DNA from: Clostridia bacterium
GTDB lineage: Bacteria; Bacillota; Clostridia; Saccharofermentanales; UBA5734
Direction: 5' to 3'
Assembly: GCA_017997315.1 (NCBI GenBank)
Contig: JAGOFF010000001.1
Span: 1-31,671 of the forward strand
DNA length: 31,671 nt
Part shown: positions 16,285 through 24,591 of the stretch, one piece after another
How positions within the stretch are numbered: position 1 is the stretch's first letter
Layout: the number at the start of each line of letters is the position of its first letter
Notes under the pieces: model-generated
Told to the model about the DNA's origin: nothing
Database searches by the model: none
What the model saw: only the letters and a program-made list of their open reading frames with translations
Made by a program: the position numbers and the translations under genes

Positions 16285-16490
16285 GTCATCGACCTGAGAG
16301 TTTGCGCGGCCGCGGATCCGGGCATCCGCAGGATCACACGGCCGTTTGCCCCTTCGGTGTCCCTGATGCGGGACTTTTCAGAGTCTCATCGGACGACGGT
16401 TCTGGTACCTGAGAGATTTCGCGCGAATCGGCTCCTCCGCTGCGTTGCTCCTTCGGCCAGCATTCAAGCTGTCTCCCGCCGCCCTCGTCT
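16280..16490 (-). ncRNA. Tandem glycine riboswitch (two aptamers)
   Basis: Aptamer 1 (about 16391-16490): GGGCGGCGG-GAGA...GCCGAAGGAGCAA...AATCTCTCAGG...CCGTCGTCC. Aptamer 2 (16280-16384): ACTCTG-AAAAG...CACCGAAGGGGCAA...AACTCTCAGG..GACAGAGT. It sits directly upstream of gcvT. Confidence 0.95.
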
Positions 16491-16509
16491 GAGAACGCTG
16501 TCGATTACG

Positions 16510-16538
16510 AGCGTAGCAGGATGCCGCAGCCGCGTCAA
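16510..16538 (-). promoter_or_regulatory. SigA-type promoter of the riboswitch-gcv transcript
   Basis: Minus strand TTGACG (16538-16533), 17 nt, then TACGCT (16515-16510) with an extended -10 TGn. The -35 box overlaps the araC stop codon. Confidence 0.7.
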
Positions 16539-17365
16539 GCGTGCGTTCCGCCGTCGTCCGCATCCGTTCGGGAGGGAGAATGGCCGCGCTCTTTCTTGAA
16601 CACTTTGCTGAAGTAGGAGACATCGTCGAATCCGCAGCGGCGTGCGGCTTCTTCGACCGTGAGCCCGGCCGCGGCGATCAGGGATTCCGCGCGGTTGACC
16701 CGCACACGGTTGATGAACGCCTTGACGGACATGCCCGTGCAGCTTTTGAACAAGGTGCCGAAATAGACCGGGTTCAAACCCGACAGCTCGGACAGGTCCG
16801 ATACGCGGAGCGGTTCCGCGAGATGGAGGAGGATATGGCCGATCGCCTGTTCGACACGCGGATCCTGCGTTTCGTGCGGCTGATGGTGGACCAGCAGAAC
16901 CAGATACCGATGCAGAATCAGCAGGAGCAGCGCCCTGCACTTCGTGGTGTATCCTGGAGCCTGTACCGCCCATTCAAGGCTCAAGTCTGAGAACAGACGG
17001 AGGAGGGTTTCATCCGATCCGGTGCGGCAGATGAGAGGCTGCCGGGGGATGCCGGTGTGCCGCTCCCCCTCCGGGAACCGTACGAGCACCACATGGCAGG
17101 CGGCGTCTTCCCCGGGACGGCCCGAGACGGACCGCAGGCTGCCGGGCGGAATGACCAGAACTTCGCCGGCGGAAACGATGTAGTGAAGACCGTCCGCATG
17201 ACAGGAGTAGCTGCCGTTCAGCACTTGGATGATCTCAACGTGTTTCGACACGCTTTCACGGACGTTCCAGCCCTCCTGCCCCGAAACGGACAGGACGGCG
17301 CGGATCCGGGGATTCGTGTTTTCAATGTCGACGGCACTTAGCCAGCGTGCGATATCCAGGTCCAT
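16535..17365 (-). CDS. AraC/XylS-family transcriptional regulator
   Basis: Cupin-like sensor (HVEIIQVLNGS...GEVLVIPPG) plus C-terminal HTH LSELSGLNPVYFGTLFKSCTG...RVNRA..L...AARRCGFDDVSYFSKVFKKERGHSP. Start moved to MDLDIAR after GGAGG. Confidence 0.92.
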   Translation of the reverse strand: MDLDIARWLSAVDIENTNPRIRAVLSVSGQEGWNVRESVSKHVEIIQVLNGSYSCHADGLHYIVSAGEVLVIPPGSLRSVSGRPGEDAACHVVLVRFPEGERHTGIPRQPLICRTGSDETLLRLFSDLSLEWAVQAPGYTTKCRALLLLILHRYLVLLVHHQPHETQDPRVEQAIGHILLHLAEPLRVSDLSELSGLNPVYFGTLFKSCTGMSVKAFINRVRVNRAESLIAAAGLTVEEAARRCGFDDVSYFSKVFKKERGHSPSRTDADDGGTHA

Positions 17366-17503
17366 CGATCCGGTTCCTCCCCCCCCCTGTCTGACCCCGA
17401 GGATTGCCGGCGCGCGGCGGACTCGGACACGGGGTGAGAAAGAGGGATCCAGCGGGAAGTCGTTTTCTTTAATTATTACAAAACATCTTCGCGAAATCCA
17501 TGC

Positions 17504-17530
17504 TTGACAATATGGCGAATGTGATAAAAT
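17504..17530 (+). promoter_or_regulatory. Candidate promoter for the aguA operon
   Basis: TTGACA (17504-17509) and an extended -10 TGaTAAAAT (17522-17530), but the spacer is only 15 nt. A second TATAAT at 17701-17706 lacks a good -35. Confidence 0.4.
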
Positions 17531-17816
17531 AAAGACGCAAACGTTGTTAATATTCGTGAAAAACACAGCCAGATAGCCACAGAGGAGGGGGGGGTATCTG
17601 AATTTCTTTTGTGCCATTTCTCCCGCAGACTGTTGAATGTCCGATCGTTCTTGTATATAGTTTTTCTTGTCTGCGGCTGCCTTTTCCTACAGAAGTGAAT
17701 TATAATGATTGTCAAGTGCCACAGAAGCGGACGTTTGAACTTTATATTTTTGAACACCCTGTCCATACGCTCCGGACCGATACCGGCCGGGAGCGCTCCG
17801 ATGGAGGACCTGCCCG

Positions 17817-19889
17817 ATGCCGGATCGCGACCTTACGATAACTCCGGATACCTATTCGGAATACGACGCCTGGATGCAGGCGCGTCTTCTGCCGGTCGCC
17901 GGACGGAACGACGAATGTCTTGGCAGGGTCGTCGTCCACGGTTCGGACCGGGTCGTGCTCCGTGCCGCAGACGAACTCGTCCGCGGGCTGGAGTCGGCCA
18001 CGGGAACCCGTCCGGTATGCACATCCGGCGCGCCGGTCTCCTCCGGCGGCATCCACATCATGACCCTCGGCCCCGATGCGCAACTGCCGGACGGAGTCGG
18101 CTCCGAAGCGGCCGCCGGACTTCGGCGCGAGGGCTTCCGGATCTGCCGGGCCGATGCGGGCGGCGCGCTGCTGGTCATCGGGGCGGATCCCAACGGGACG
18201 CTGTACGGGGTCTTCCGGCTCCTTCGGCTGCTGGCCTGCGGCTCCGCCATCGATGACATGGACCGGATCGAGAACCCGGTTTCCGCACTCAGGATGATCA
18301 ATCATTGGGACAACCTGGACGGCTCCATCGAGAGGGGCTACGCGGGTCGTTCCATTTTTTTCGAGAACGACCGGTTCATCCGCGATCTCGGACGCGCACG
18401 GGACTATGCGAGGCTGCTGGCTTCCGTCGGGATCAATACGGTCAGCATCAACAATGTGAATGTGCGCGGTGCGGCCGTCCGGCTGATCACCGAGGATTTC
18501 CTGCCCGATGTCGCGCGCCTGGCGGAAGTGTTCCGGGATTACGGCATCCGTCTGATGCTGTGCGTCAACTTCACCAGCCCGATCCTGGTCGGCGGACTCG
18601 GGACTGCGGATCCGCTGGATCCGGCGGTCATCCGCTTCTGGACGGAGCAGACGGCGCTGGTGTACCGGTATGTCCCTGACCTGCGCGGTTTTCTGGTGAA
18701 AGCCGACTCCGAGTTCCTGCCCGGACCCGCCGCGGACGGACGGACCCATGCGGACGGCGCGGACACGATCGCCCGCGCGCTTCATCCGTTCGGAGGGATC
18801 GTCGTCTGGCGATGCTTCGTGTACAACTGCATGCAGGACTGGCGCGACACCCGGACCGACCGGCCCAAAGCCGCATACGAGAATTTCATGCCCCTGGATG
18901 GGGATTTCGACGACAACGTGCTTCTCCAGATCAAGAACGGGCCGGTCGATTTCCAGATACGGGAGCCGGTCTCCCCCCTGTTCGGCGCTCTTCGGCGCAC
19001 GCGGGAGGTGATGGAACTGCAGATCACCCAGGAGTATACCGGCCAGCAGAAGCACTTGTGCTATCTGGTGCCGCTCTGGAAGGAAATCTTCGATTTCGAC
19101 ATGGGGAATCCGGAACATCCGGGCACGGTCGGCTCCATGATCACCGACGGGACGGTCGAGGGTATCGCGGGCGTCGTGAACGTCGGACTCGACCGCAACT
19201 GGACCGGACATACGCTGGCCCAGGCGAACCTGTTCGGCTACGCCCGGCTGTGCTGGGATCCGCAGCTGGGTTCCGGGGAGATCGCGGACGAGTGGATCCG
19301 CCTCACGCTGGGTTCCGACCCCGAGGTTGTGCTCACCGTCCGGGCGATGCTTCTTTCCTCCCGCAGTACGTATGAGAAGTACAACGCCCCGCTCGGCATC
19401 GGCTGGATGTGCAATCCCTCCTACCATTACGGCCCCAACGTCGACGGATACGAGTACGCATATTGGGGCACATACCACCGTGCGGATCATGAGGCGATCG
19501 GAGTGGACCGCACCCGCCGTCCGGGCGGGACCGCTTTCACCGCGCAGTATCCCGAGCCGACGGCCGCCCTGTTCGATTCCCCTGAGACTTGTCCCGAGGA
19601 GCTCCTCCTCTTTTTCCACCGTTTGCCTTACAGCTATCGCCTCCGGTCCGGATCCACCCTTCTCCAGCACATCTACGACACCCACTTCGAGGGCGTCGAG
19701 GAGGTCGGGGACATGATCCGCGCCTGGCAGGCGATCAAGGGGCGATTGCATCCCGATGCGTTCGGACCGGTCGCGGAACGTCTGGATACCCAGTTCCGCG
19801 ATGCCTGCGAATGGCGGGATGTCATCAATACATATTTTTACCGCAAGACGGGAATAGCGGACAGGAAGGGAAGGAAAATCCACACATGA
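17817..19889 (+). CDS. aguA: Alpha-glucuronidase, glycoside hydrolase family 67
   Basis: Motifs [66 protein letters not shown] and [10 protein letters not shown]. These include the acidic catalytic motifs known from Geobacillus AguA. RBS GGAGG. Confidence 0.96.
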   Translation: MPDRDLTITPDTYSEYDAWMQARLLPVAGRNDECLGRVVVHGSDRVVLRAADELVRGLESATGTRPVCTSGAPVSSGGIHIMTLGPDAQLPDGVGSEAAAGLRREGFRICRADAGGALLVIGADPNGTLYGVFRLLRLLACGSAIDDMDRIENPVSALRMINHWDNLDGSIERGYAGRSIFFENDRFIRDLGRARDYARLLASVGINTVSINNVNVRGAAVRLITEDFLPDVARLAEVFRDYGIRLMLCVNFTSPILVGGLGTADPLDPAVIRFWTEQTALVYRYVPDLRGFLVKADSEFLPGPAADGRTHADGADTIARALHPFGGIVVWRCFVYNCMQDWRDTRTDRPKAAYENFMPLDGDFDDNVLLQIKNGPVDFQIREPVSPLFGALRRTREVMELQITQEYTGQQKHLCYLVPLWKEIFDFDMGNPEHPGTVGSMITDGTVEGIAGVVNVGLDRNWTGHTLAQANLFGYARLCWDPQLGSGEIADEWIRLTLGSDPEVVLTVRAMLLSSRSTYEKYNAPLGIGWMCNPSYHYGPNVDGYEYAYWGTYHRADHEAIGVDRTRRPGGTAFTAQYPEPTAALFDSPETCPEELLLFFHRLPYSYRLRSGSTLLQHIYDTHFEGVEEVGDMIRAWQAIKGRLHPDAFGPVAERLDTQFRDACEWRDVINTYFYRKTGIADRKGRKIHT

Positions 19890-19935
19890 TCAGAAGCGGA
19901 AACAACATGACGGAGAATCGGAGGGAGGAAAAGAA

Positions 19936-20865
19936 GTGAACACGAAATCCAAGTCATACCGCACCATGAAGCGGATGCAACGGAACTGGCAGCTGTACCT
20001 CATCGTCGCGCTGCCCGTAGTCTGGCTGCTGCTGTTCAAGTACGGACCGATGTACGGTGTACAGCTGGCATTCAAGAACTTCCGGATCCAGGAAGGCATC
20101 TGGGGGAGCCCCTGGATCGGATTTGACAACTTCAAGCGTTTCTTTGCCTTCAAGGAATTCGGGATGCTCATCAAAAATACGCTCGGCATCAGCATCTACC
20201 AGCTGCTGGCCGGATTCCCGATCCCGATCGTCCTCGCGCTGACGCTCAACGCGACGCTGAATCTCAAGTTCAAGAAAACGGTTCAGTTCGTCACCTATAT
20301 GCCGTACTTCATCTCGACGGTCGTCCTCGTCGGCATGGTCCTCTCGTTCACCAACACCCGCACCGGTATCTTCAACACCCTTCTGGGATTCATCGGCGTC
20401 GAGCCGGTCCATTTCATGGGCAAACCGGAATGGTTCAAGTCCATCTATGTATGGTCCGGAATCTGGCAGCACATGGGCTACAACTCCATCATCTACATCG
20501 CGGCGCTCGCCGGCATCGACATGGATATCCACGAAGCCGCGGTCATCGACGGCGCGTCCCGCTTCCAGCGCGTCCGCTACATCGACTTTCCCGGCATCCT
20601 GCCGACGGTCATCACGCTGCTCATCCTCAACTCCGGTTCGATCATGAGCGTCGGTTTTGAAAAAGTATGGCTGATGCAGTCCACGCTCAACCGCCGCACA
20701 TCTGAAATCATCTCGACCTACGTGTACAAGATCTCCCTTGCGTCGAACGCCCCGCAGTTCGCCTACGCGACCGCCATCGGACTGTTCAACTCGGTGATCA
20801 ACATGATCCTGCTGGTTTCGGTGAACAAGATCGCCAACAAAGTCAGCGAAACCAGTTTGTGGTAA
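19936..20865 (+). CDS. Carbohydrate ABC transporter permease (CUT1, LplB/YteP-like)
   Basis: Motifs YGPMYGVQLAFK, SPWIGFDNF, QFVTYMPYFISTVV, the EAA loop EAAVIDGASRFQR and AIGLFNSVIN. GTG start after GGAGG. Confidence 0.93.
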   Translation: MNTKSKSYRTMKRMQRNWQLYLIVALPVVWLLLFKYGPMYGVQLAFKNFRIQEGIWGSPWIGFDNFKRFFAFKEFGMLIKNTLGISIYQLLAGFPIPIVLALTLNATLNLKFKKTVQFVTYMPYFISTVVLVGMVLSFTNTRTGIFNTLLGFIGVEPVHFMGKPEWFKSIYVWSGIWQHMGYNSIIYIAALAGIDMDIHEAAVIDGASRFQRVRYIDFPGILPTVITLLILNSGSIMSVGFEKVWLMQSTLNRRTSEIISTYVYKISLASNAPQFAYATAIGLFNSVINMILLVSVNKIANKVSETSLW

Positions 20866-20881
20866 GGGAGGGGGAGAGAAA

Positions 20882-21799
20882 ATGAGCGCCATATCGAAAG
20901 CACAGAAAAGCACCATCAAGCTGTCCAGAGACGACCGGATGTACTACATCCTGAACGACGCGTTCCTGCTGCTCGCGCTGCTGGTGGTCGCGTATCCGCT
21001 GATCTACGTCTTCGCCGCCGCGTTCAGCGACAAAAACGCGGTCGTCACCGGCAAGGTCGTCCTGTGGCCGGTGGATTTCTCACTCGAAGGATTCGCGACG
21101 GTCTTCGGATATAAACAGATCATGCAGGGATACGCCAACACCATTTTCTACACGATCGTCGGTACGACCGTCAACGTGACCATGACGATGCTCGCCGCGT
21201 ATCCGTTGACCCGCAAGCAGGACATGCCCGGCCGGAACCTCATCATGGGGCTGTTCACCTTCACCATGATCTTCGGCGGCGGCCTGATCCCGACCTACAT
21301 CCTGATGCAGAACCTCGACCTGATCGACAAACGCGCCGTGCTGATCATCCCGAACGCCATGGGCGTCTTCCACCTCATCATCGCGCGCACGTTCCTGGTC
21401 CAGAGCATCCCGAACGAGCTGTACGAGGCTTCCGCGATCGACGGATGCTCACACTTCAAATATCTGCTCAAGATCGTTCTGCCGCTGTCCAAACCGCTGC
21501 TGGCGGTGCTGGTCCTGTTCTATGCGGTCGGACACTGGAACTCCTTCTTCGATGCGTTCATCTACCTCAAGGATCCCATCCGTTTCCCGCTCCAGCTGAT
21601 CCTGCGCGACATCCTGATCGCGAATACGATCGAACCGTCCGCGATCACGGACCCGGAGACGATGGAGAAGAAGCAAGGCATGGCGGAACTGCTCAAATAC
21701 GCGGTCATCGTGGTGGCGAGCGTTCCGGTCTGGTGTCTCTACCCGTTCATCCAGAAGTACTTTGTAAAGGGTGTCATGATCGGCGCGGTCAAAGGCTGA
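20882..21799 (+). CDS. Carbohydrate ABC transporter permease (CUT1, LplC/YtcP-like)
   Basis: Motifs AAYPL, FTMIFGGGLIPTY, ELYEASAIDG, AVGHWNSFFDA, PLQLILRDIL and YPFIQKYFVKGVMIGAVKG. Confidence 0.93.
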   Translation: MSAISKAQKSTIKLSRDDRMYYILNDAFLLLALLVVAYPLIYVFAAAFSDKNAVVTGKVVLWPVDFSLEGFATVFGYKQIMQGYANTIFYTIVGTTVNVTMTMLAAYPLTRKQDMPGRNLIMGLFTFTMIFGGGLIPTYILMQNLDLIDKRAVLIIPNAMGVFHLIIARTFLVQSIPNELYEASAIDGCSHFKYLLKIVLPLSKPLLAVLVLFYAVGHWNSFFDAFIYLKDPIRFPLQLILRDILIANTIEPSAITDPETMEKKQGMAELLKYAVIVVASVPVWCLYPFIQKYFVKGVMIGAVKG

Positions 21800-21829
21800 C
21801 CGCGTGAGAACCCATCCATGTGTGCCAGA

Positions 21830-21855
21830 GACTCCGGCGGTTTTCCGCCGGAGTC
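21830..21855. other. Perfect 11-bp hairpin at the end of the sugar operon
   Basis: GACTCCGGCGG-TTTT-CCGCCGGAGTC, with no U-tract on either side. Confidence 0.65.
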
Positions 21856-21915
21856 CTTGCATATCAATCCCCGGTCCGACCTGCCGCAGATCGAAGCCAA
21901 TGGAGGATGGAAGTC

Positions 21916-22347
21916 ATGTGGAAGGATCTGAAAGCATTCCTGTTTCGGGGCAATGTCATTGACCTGGCGGTCGCGGTCGTGATCGGCGCCGCGTTCGGCG
22001 CAATCGTCACATCGCTGGTCAAGGACATCATCATGCCGATCGTCGGACAACTCATTTCCGGCATCGACCTGGCCGCGCTCAAGATCGTCCTTGCGCAGGC
22101 TGTAGTCGATCCGGCGACAAAGGAAGTCACCACGCCCGAGGTCGCCATCAACATCGGACTGTTCATCAACGCGATCATCCAGTTCCTGATCATCGGCACC
22201 GTGATTTTCTTCATTGTCCGTGCGATCGGAAAACTTCAGAAGAAGATGTCCAAAAAAACGGAAGAAGCGCCCGCCCCGGCCGCAAAACCGGACGATGTGG
22301 CGTTGCTGGAGGAGATCCGGGATCTCCTGAAGAAGCAAGCGGGATGA
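21916..22347 (+). CDS. mscL: Large-conductance mechanosensitive channel
   Basis: MWKDLKAFLFRGNVIDLAVAVVIGAAFGAIVTSLVKDIIMP...GLFINAIIQFLII...LLEEIRDLL. RBS GGAGG. Confidence 0.97.
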   Translation: MWKDLKAFLFRGNVIDLAVAVVIGAAFGAIVTSLVKDIIMPIVGQLISGIDLAALKIVLAQAVVDPATKEVTTPEVAINIGLFINAIIQFLIIGTVIFFIVRAIGKLQKKMSKKTEEAPAPAAKPDDVALLEEIRDLLKKQAG

Positions 22348-22378
22348 GTTAGGCCTCTCCATCGGATCGGGGATCATT

Positions 22379-22407
22379 GAAAGCGGCCGGTCAGCCGCTT
22401 TCTTTTT
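22379..22407 (+). terminator. Intrinsic terminator after mscL
   Basis: GAAAGCGGC-CGGTCA-GCCGCTTTC followed by TTTTT. Confidence 0.85.
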
Positions 22408-22468
22408 CCCGATGAGAGCGTATAACGAGTTGTATATGATGAATTTAAACGATCTGAACGAAATGCCG

Positions 22469-22498
22469 TTGACGCATGCACGGTTTTTGGACTACCAT
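22469..22498 (+). promoter_or_regulatory. Candidate SigA promoter of the opp operon
   Basis: TTGACG (22469-22474), 18 nt, then TACCAT (22493-22498). Confidence 0.5.
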
Positions 22499-22587
22499 TA
22501 GTAAATTAAGTCGTTCCGGTTGTAAACCGCATGTGCGCCAGCATGCGGAAAAACAGGATTCGACGCTCCAGTTGGAGGGAAGCCGGT

Positions 22588-23505
22588 TTGACAAGTTACA
22601 TTATCAAGCGATTGGGTCTGTCGCTGCTCACCGTGTGGCTGGTAGCCACTATGACTTTTTTCCTGATGAACCTGGTGCCCGGTGGCCCGTTTCTGGCGGA
22701 AAAAGCGCCGTCCGAGGCCGTTCTGCACGCCATGGAAGCGAAGTACGGCTTGGATAAGCCATTGATCATTCAGTATAAAAATTACATGCTTCGACTGGTG
22801 CAAGGGGATCTCGGCGTCTCGATCAAGAAAAAGGGACGCGATATCACCGAGATCATCGGTGAAAAGTTTCCGGTATCCGCCCGGGTCGGAGGGGTCGCCA
22901 TCGCCGTGGCGCTGGTCACCGGAATCCCGTTGGGAGCGGTTTCCGCGCTCAAACGCGGAAAATGGCAGGACAATCTGCTTCGTTTCGTATTCACCCTCGG
23001 TATCGCAGTGCCCGGGTTTGTCGTGGCGACCACGCTGCTGATCGTACTGGGGGTCAAACTGCCGATCTTGCCCACTGTAGGGCTGGTGACACCAGCCCAC
23101 TACATCATGCCCGTCTTCACGCTGGCGTTGTACCCCATGGCCTACATCGCCCGGCTGATGCGCTCCAGCATGCTGGATGTCCTGGGGCAGGACTACATCC
23201 GGACCGCCCGCGCAAAAGGGCTGTCCGGCCGGGTGGTGCTGTTCAAGCATGCGCTCCGCAATTCGCTGATCCCCATCATCACCTATCTGGGTCCCCTGAT
23301 CGCCTATATCCTCACCGGCAGCTTCGTCGTGGAAAAAATCTTCACGATACCCGGACTCGGCGGTGAGTTCATCAGTTCGATATCCAACCGCGATTATCCC
23401 CTGATCATGGGAACCACCATCTTTTTGGCGGCTTTCCTGATCATCATGAACCTGGTGGTCGACATCCTGTACAAAGTGGTCGATCCCCGGATCAAATTTG
23501 ATTAA
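22588..23505 (+). CDS. oppB: Oligopeptide ABC transporter permease
   Basis: TTG start 9 nt after GGAGG. Motifs YIIKRL, TFFLMNLVPGGPF, YGLDKPL..QY, GDLG.S, ARLMRSSMLDVLGQDYIRTARAKGL and GSFVVEKIF.IPGLG. Confidence 0.93.
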   Translation: MTSYIIKRLGLSLLTVWLVATMTFFLMNLVPGGPFLAEKAPSEAVLHAMEAKYGLDKPLIIQYKNYMLRLVQGDLGVSIKKKGRDITEIIGEKFPVSARVGGVAIAVALVTGIPLGAVSALKRGKWQDNLLRFVFTLGIAVPGFVVATTLLIVLGVKLPILPTVGLVTPAHYIMPVFTLALYPMAYIARLMRSSMLDVLGQDYIRTARAKGLSGRVVLFKHALRNSLIPIITYLGPLIAYILTGSFVVEKIFTIPGLGGEFISSISNRDYPLIMGTTIFLAAFLIIMNLVVDILYKVVDPRIKFD

Positions 23506-23519
23506 GGAGCGTGTGGAAC

Positions 23520-24578
23520 ATGCCTGAAAAGCCATTCCACAAGAATCCGCTGAGCCTGCAGCTGGATCCGTCCGATTTTCTCCCCGCGAGCGAGGAGGAA
23601 AAAAAGGAACTGATCGTGATGCGGGAGAGCGTCACCTACTGGAAAGACGCCGGCCGCAGACTGAGCAAGAACAAAGTCGCGATGGGATCCCTGGTCGTCA
23701 TCGTCCTGACCATCATCTTCGCGTTCATCCTGCCGTCCTTCTATCCGTACGCGTATGAGCAGCAGGTGCGCGGCAGCGAGAACCTGCGTCCCATGCAGTA
23801 CTCCGTCGAGGAGACCGCACTCCGTGACGCCGGCGAGTCGGTGTTCCCGCACCTGCTCGGAACGGACTCCCTCGGCCGCGACCTCATGGTGCGGATCATG
23901 ATGGGGACACGAATTTCCCTGCTTGTGGGAATCATCGCCAGCTTCCTGATCCTGGTGATCGGCGCGTTGTACGGCTCCGTATCGGGATTGGCCGGAGGCA
24001 AGGTCGACCTGATCATGATGCGCGTGGTCGAGGTCATCTATACGGTGCCGGACATCCTGATCATCATCATCCTCATGGTTGGCCTGAAAGAACCTCTGAA
24101 ACAGCTGTTCGAGACGTCTACGGTCTTTGACGGGCTCAGTCTGGTCGGCCCCGGCCTCATCAGCATCTTCATCACGTTCAGCCTGCTGTATTGGGTCGGC
24201 ATGGCCCGGATCGTCCGCGGACAGGTCCTCATGCTCAAGGAGCAGGAGTTCGTCACCGCAGCCCGGGCGCTGGGGGGCAGCAACGCGCGCATCATCCGCC
24301 GCCACCTTATCCCCAACACGATCGGGACGATCGTCGTGACAACCTCGCTCCAGATCCCGTCCGCCATCTTTACCGAATCCTTCCTGAGCTTTCTGGGACT
24401 CGGTGTCCAGGCGCCGATGCCCAGCCTCGGTTCGCTGGCAGCGGACGCGATCGGCGGCATCTCCACCTACACCTACCGGCTGTTGGCTCCTGCGCTGACC
24501 ATCAGCATCGTCATCCTCGCGTTCAACCTGTTCGGCGACGGCCTGCGGGACGCGTTGGATCCCAGACTGAAGAAATAG
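23520..24578 (+). CDS. oppC: Oligopeptide ABC transporter permease
   Basis: Motifs YWKDA.RRL.KNKVA, HLLGTDSLGRDL, ARIVRGQVL.LKEQEFV.AARALG and FNLFGDGLRDALDP. ATG 23520 follows AAGGAG. Confidence 0.93.
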   Translation: MPEKPFHKNPLSLQLDPSDFLPASEEEKKELIVMRESVTYWKDAGRRLSKNKVAMGSLVVIVLTIIFAFILPSFYPYAYEQQVRGSENLRPMQYSVEETALRDAGESVFPHLLGTDSLGRDLMVRIMMGTRISLLVGIIASFLILVIGALYGSVSGLAGGKVDLIMMRVVEVIYTVPDILIIIILMVGLKEPLKQLFETSTVFDGLSLVGPGLISIFITFSLLYWVGMARIVRGQVLMLKEQEFVTAARALGGSNARIIRRHLIPNTIGTIVVTTSLQIPSAIFTESFLSFLGLGVQAPMPSLGSLAADAIGGISTYTYRLLAPALTISIVILAFNLFGDGLRDALDPRLKK

Positions 24579-24591
24579 GAGGCGGGGCGAT

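Noticed and set aside
17366-17617. 84-aa in-frame extension of AraC through the AT-rich region
   Set aside because: The SD before ATG 17617 is only about 2 nt away, the peptide has no recognisable character, and Met 17365 has GGAGG at normal spacing and gives a typical AraC length.
17687-17715. Minus-strand TTGACA at 17715-17710 as an araC promoter
   Set aside because: There is no acceptable -10 at 16-18 nt spacing (CTGTAG).
17476-17841. Small ORFs in the araC-aguA gap (17476-17766 minus, 17611-17841 plus)
   Set aside because: No properly spaced RBS or recognisable motif, and they overlap promoter-like DNA.
22408-22587. CodY box or T-box upstream of opp
   Set aside because: The best CodY-like 15-mer I found matches only about 8/15 of AATTTTCWGAAAATT, and there is no T-box or antiterminator motif. 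Only a 7-bp hairpin at 22527-22548 is present.
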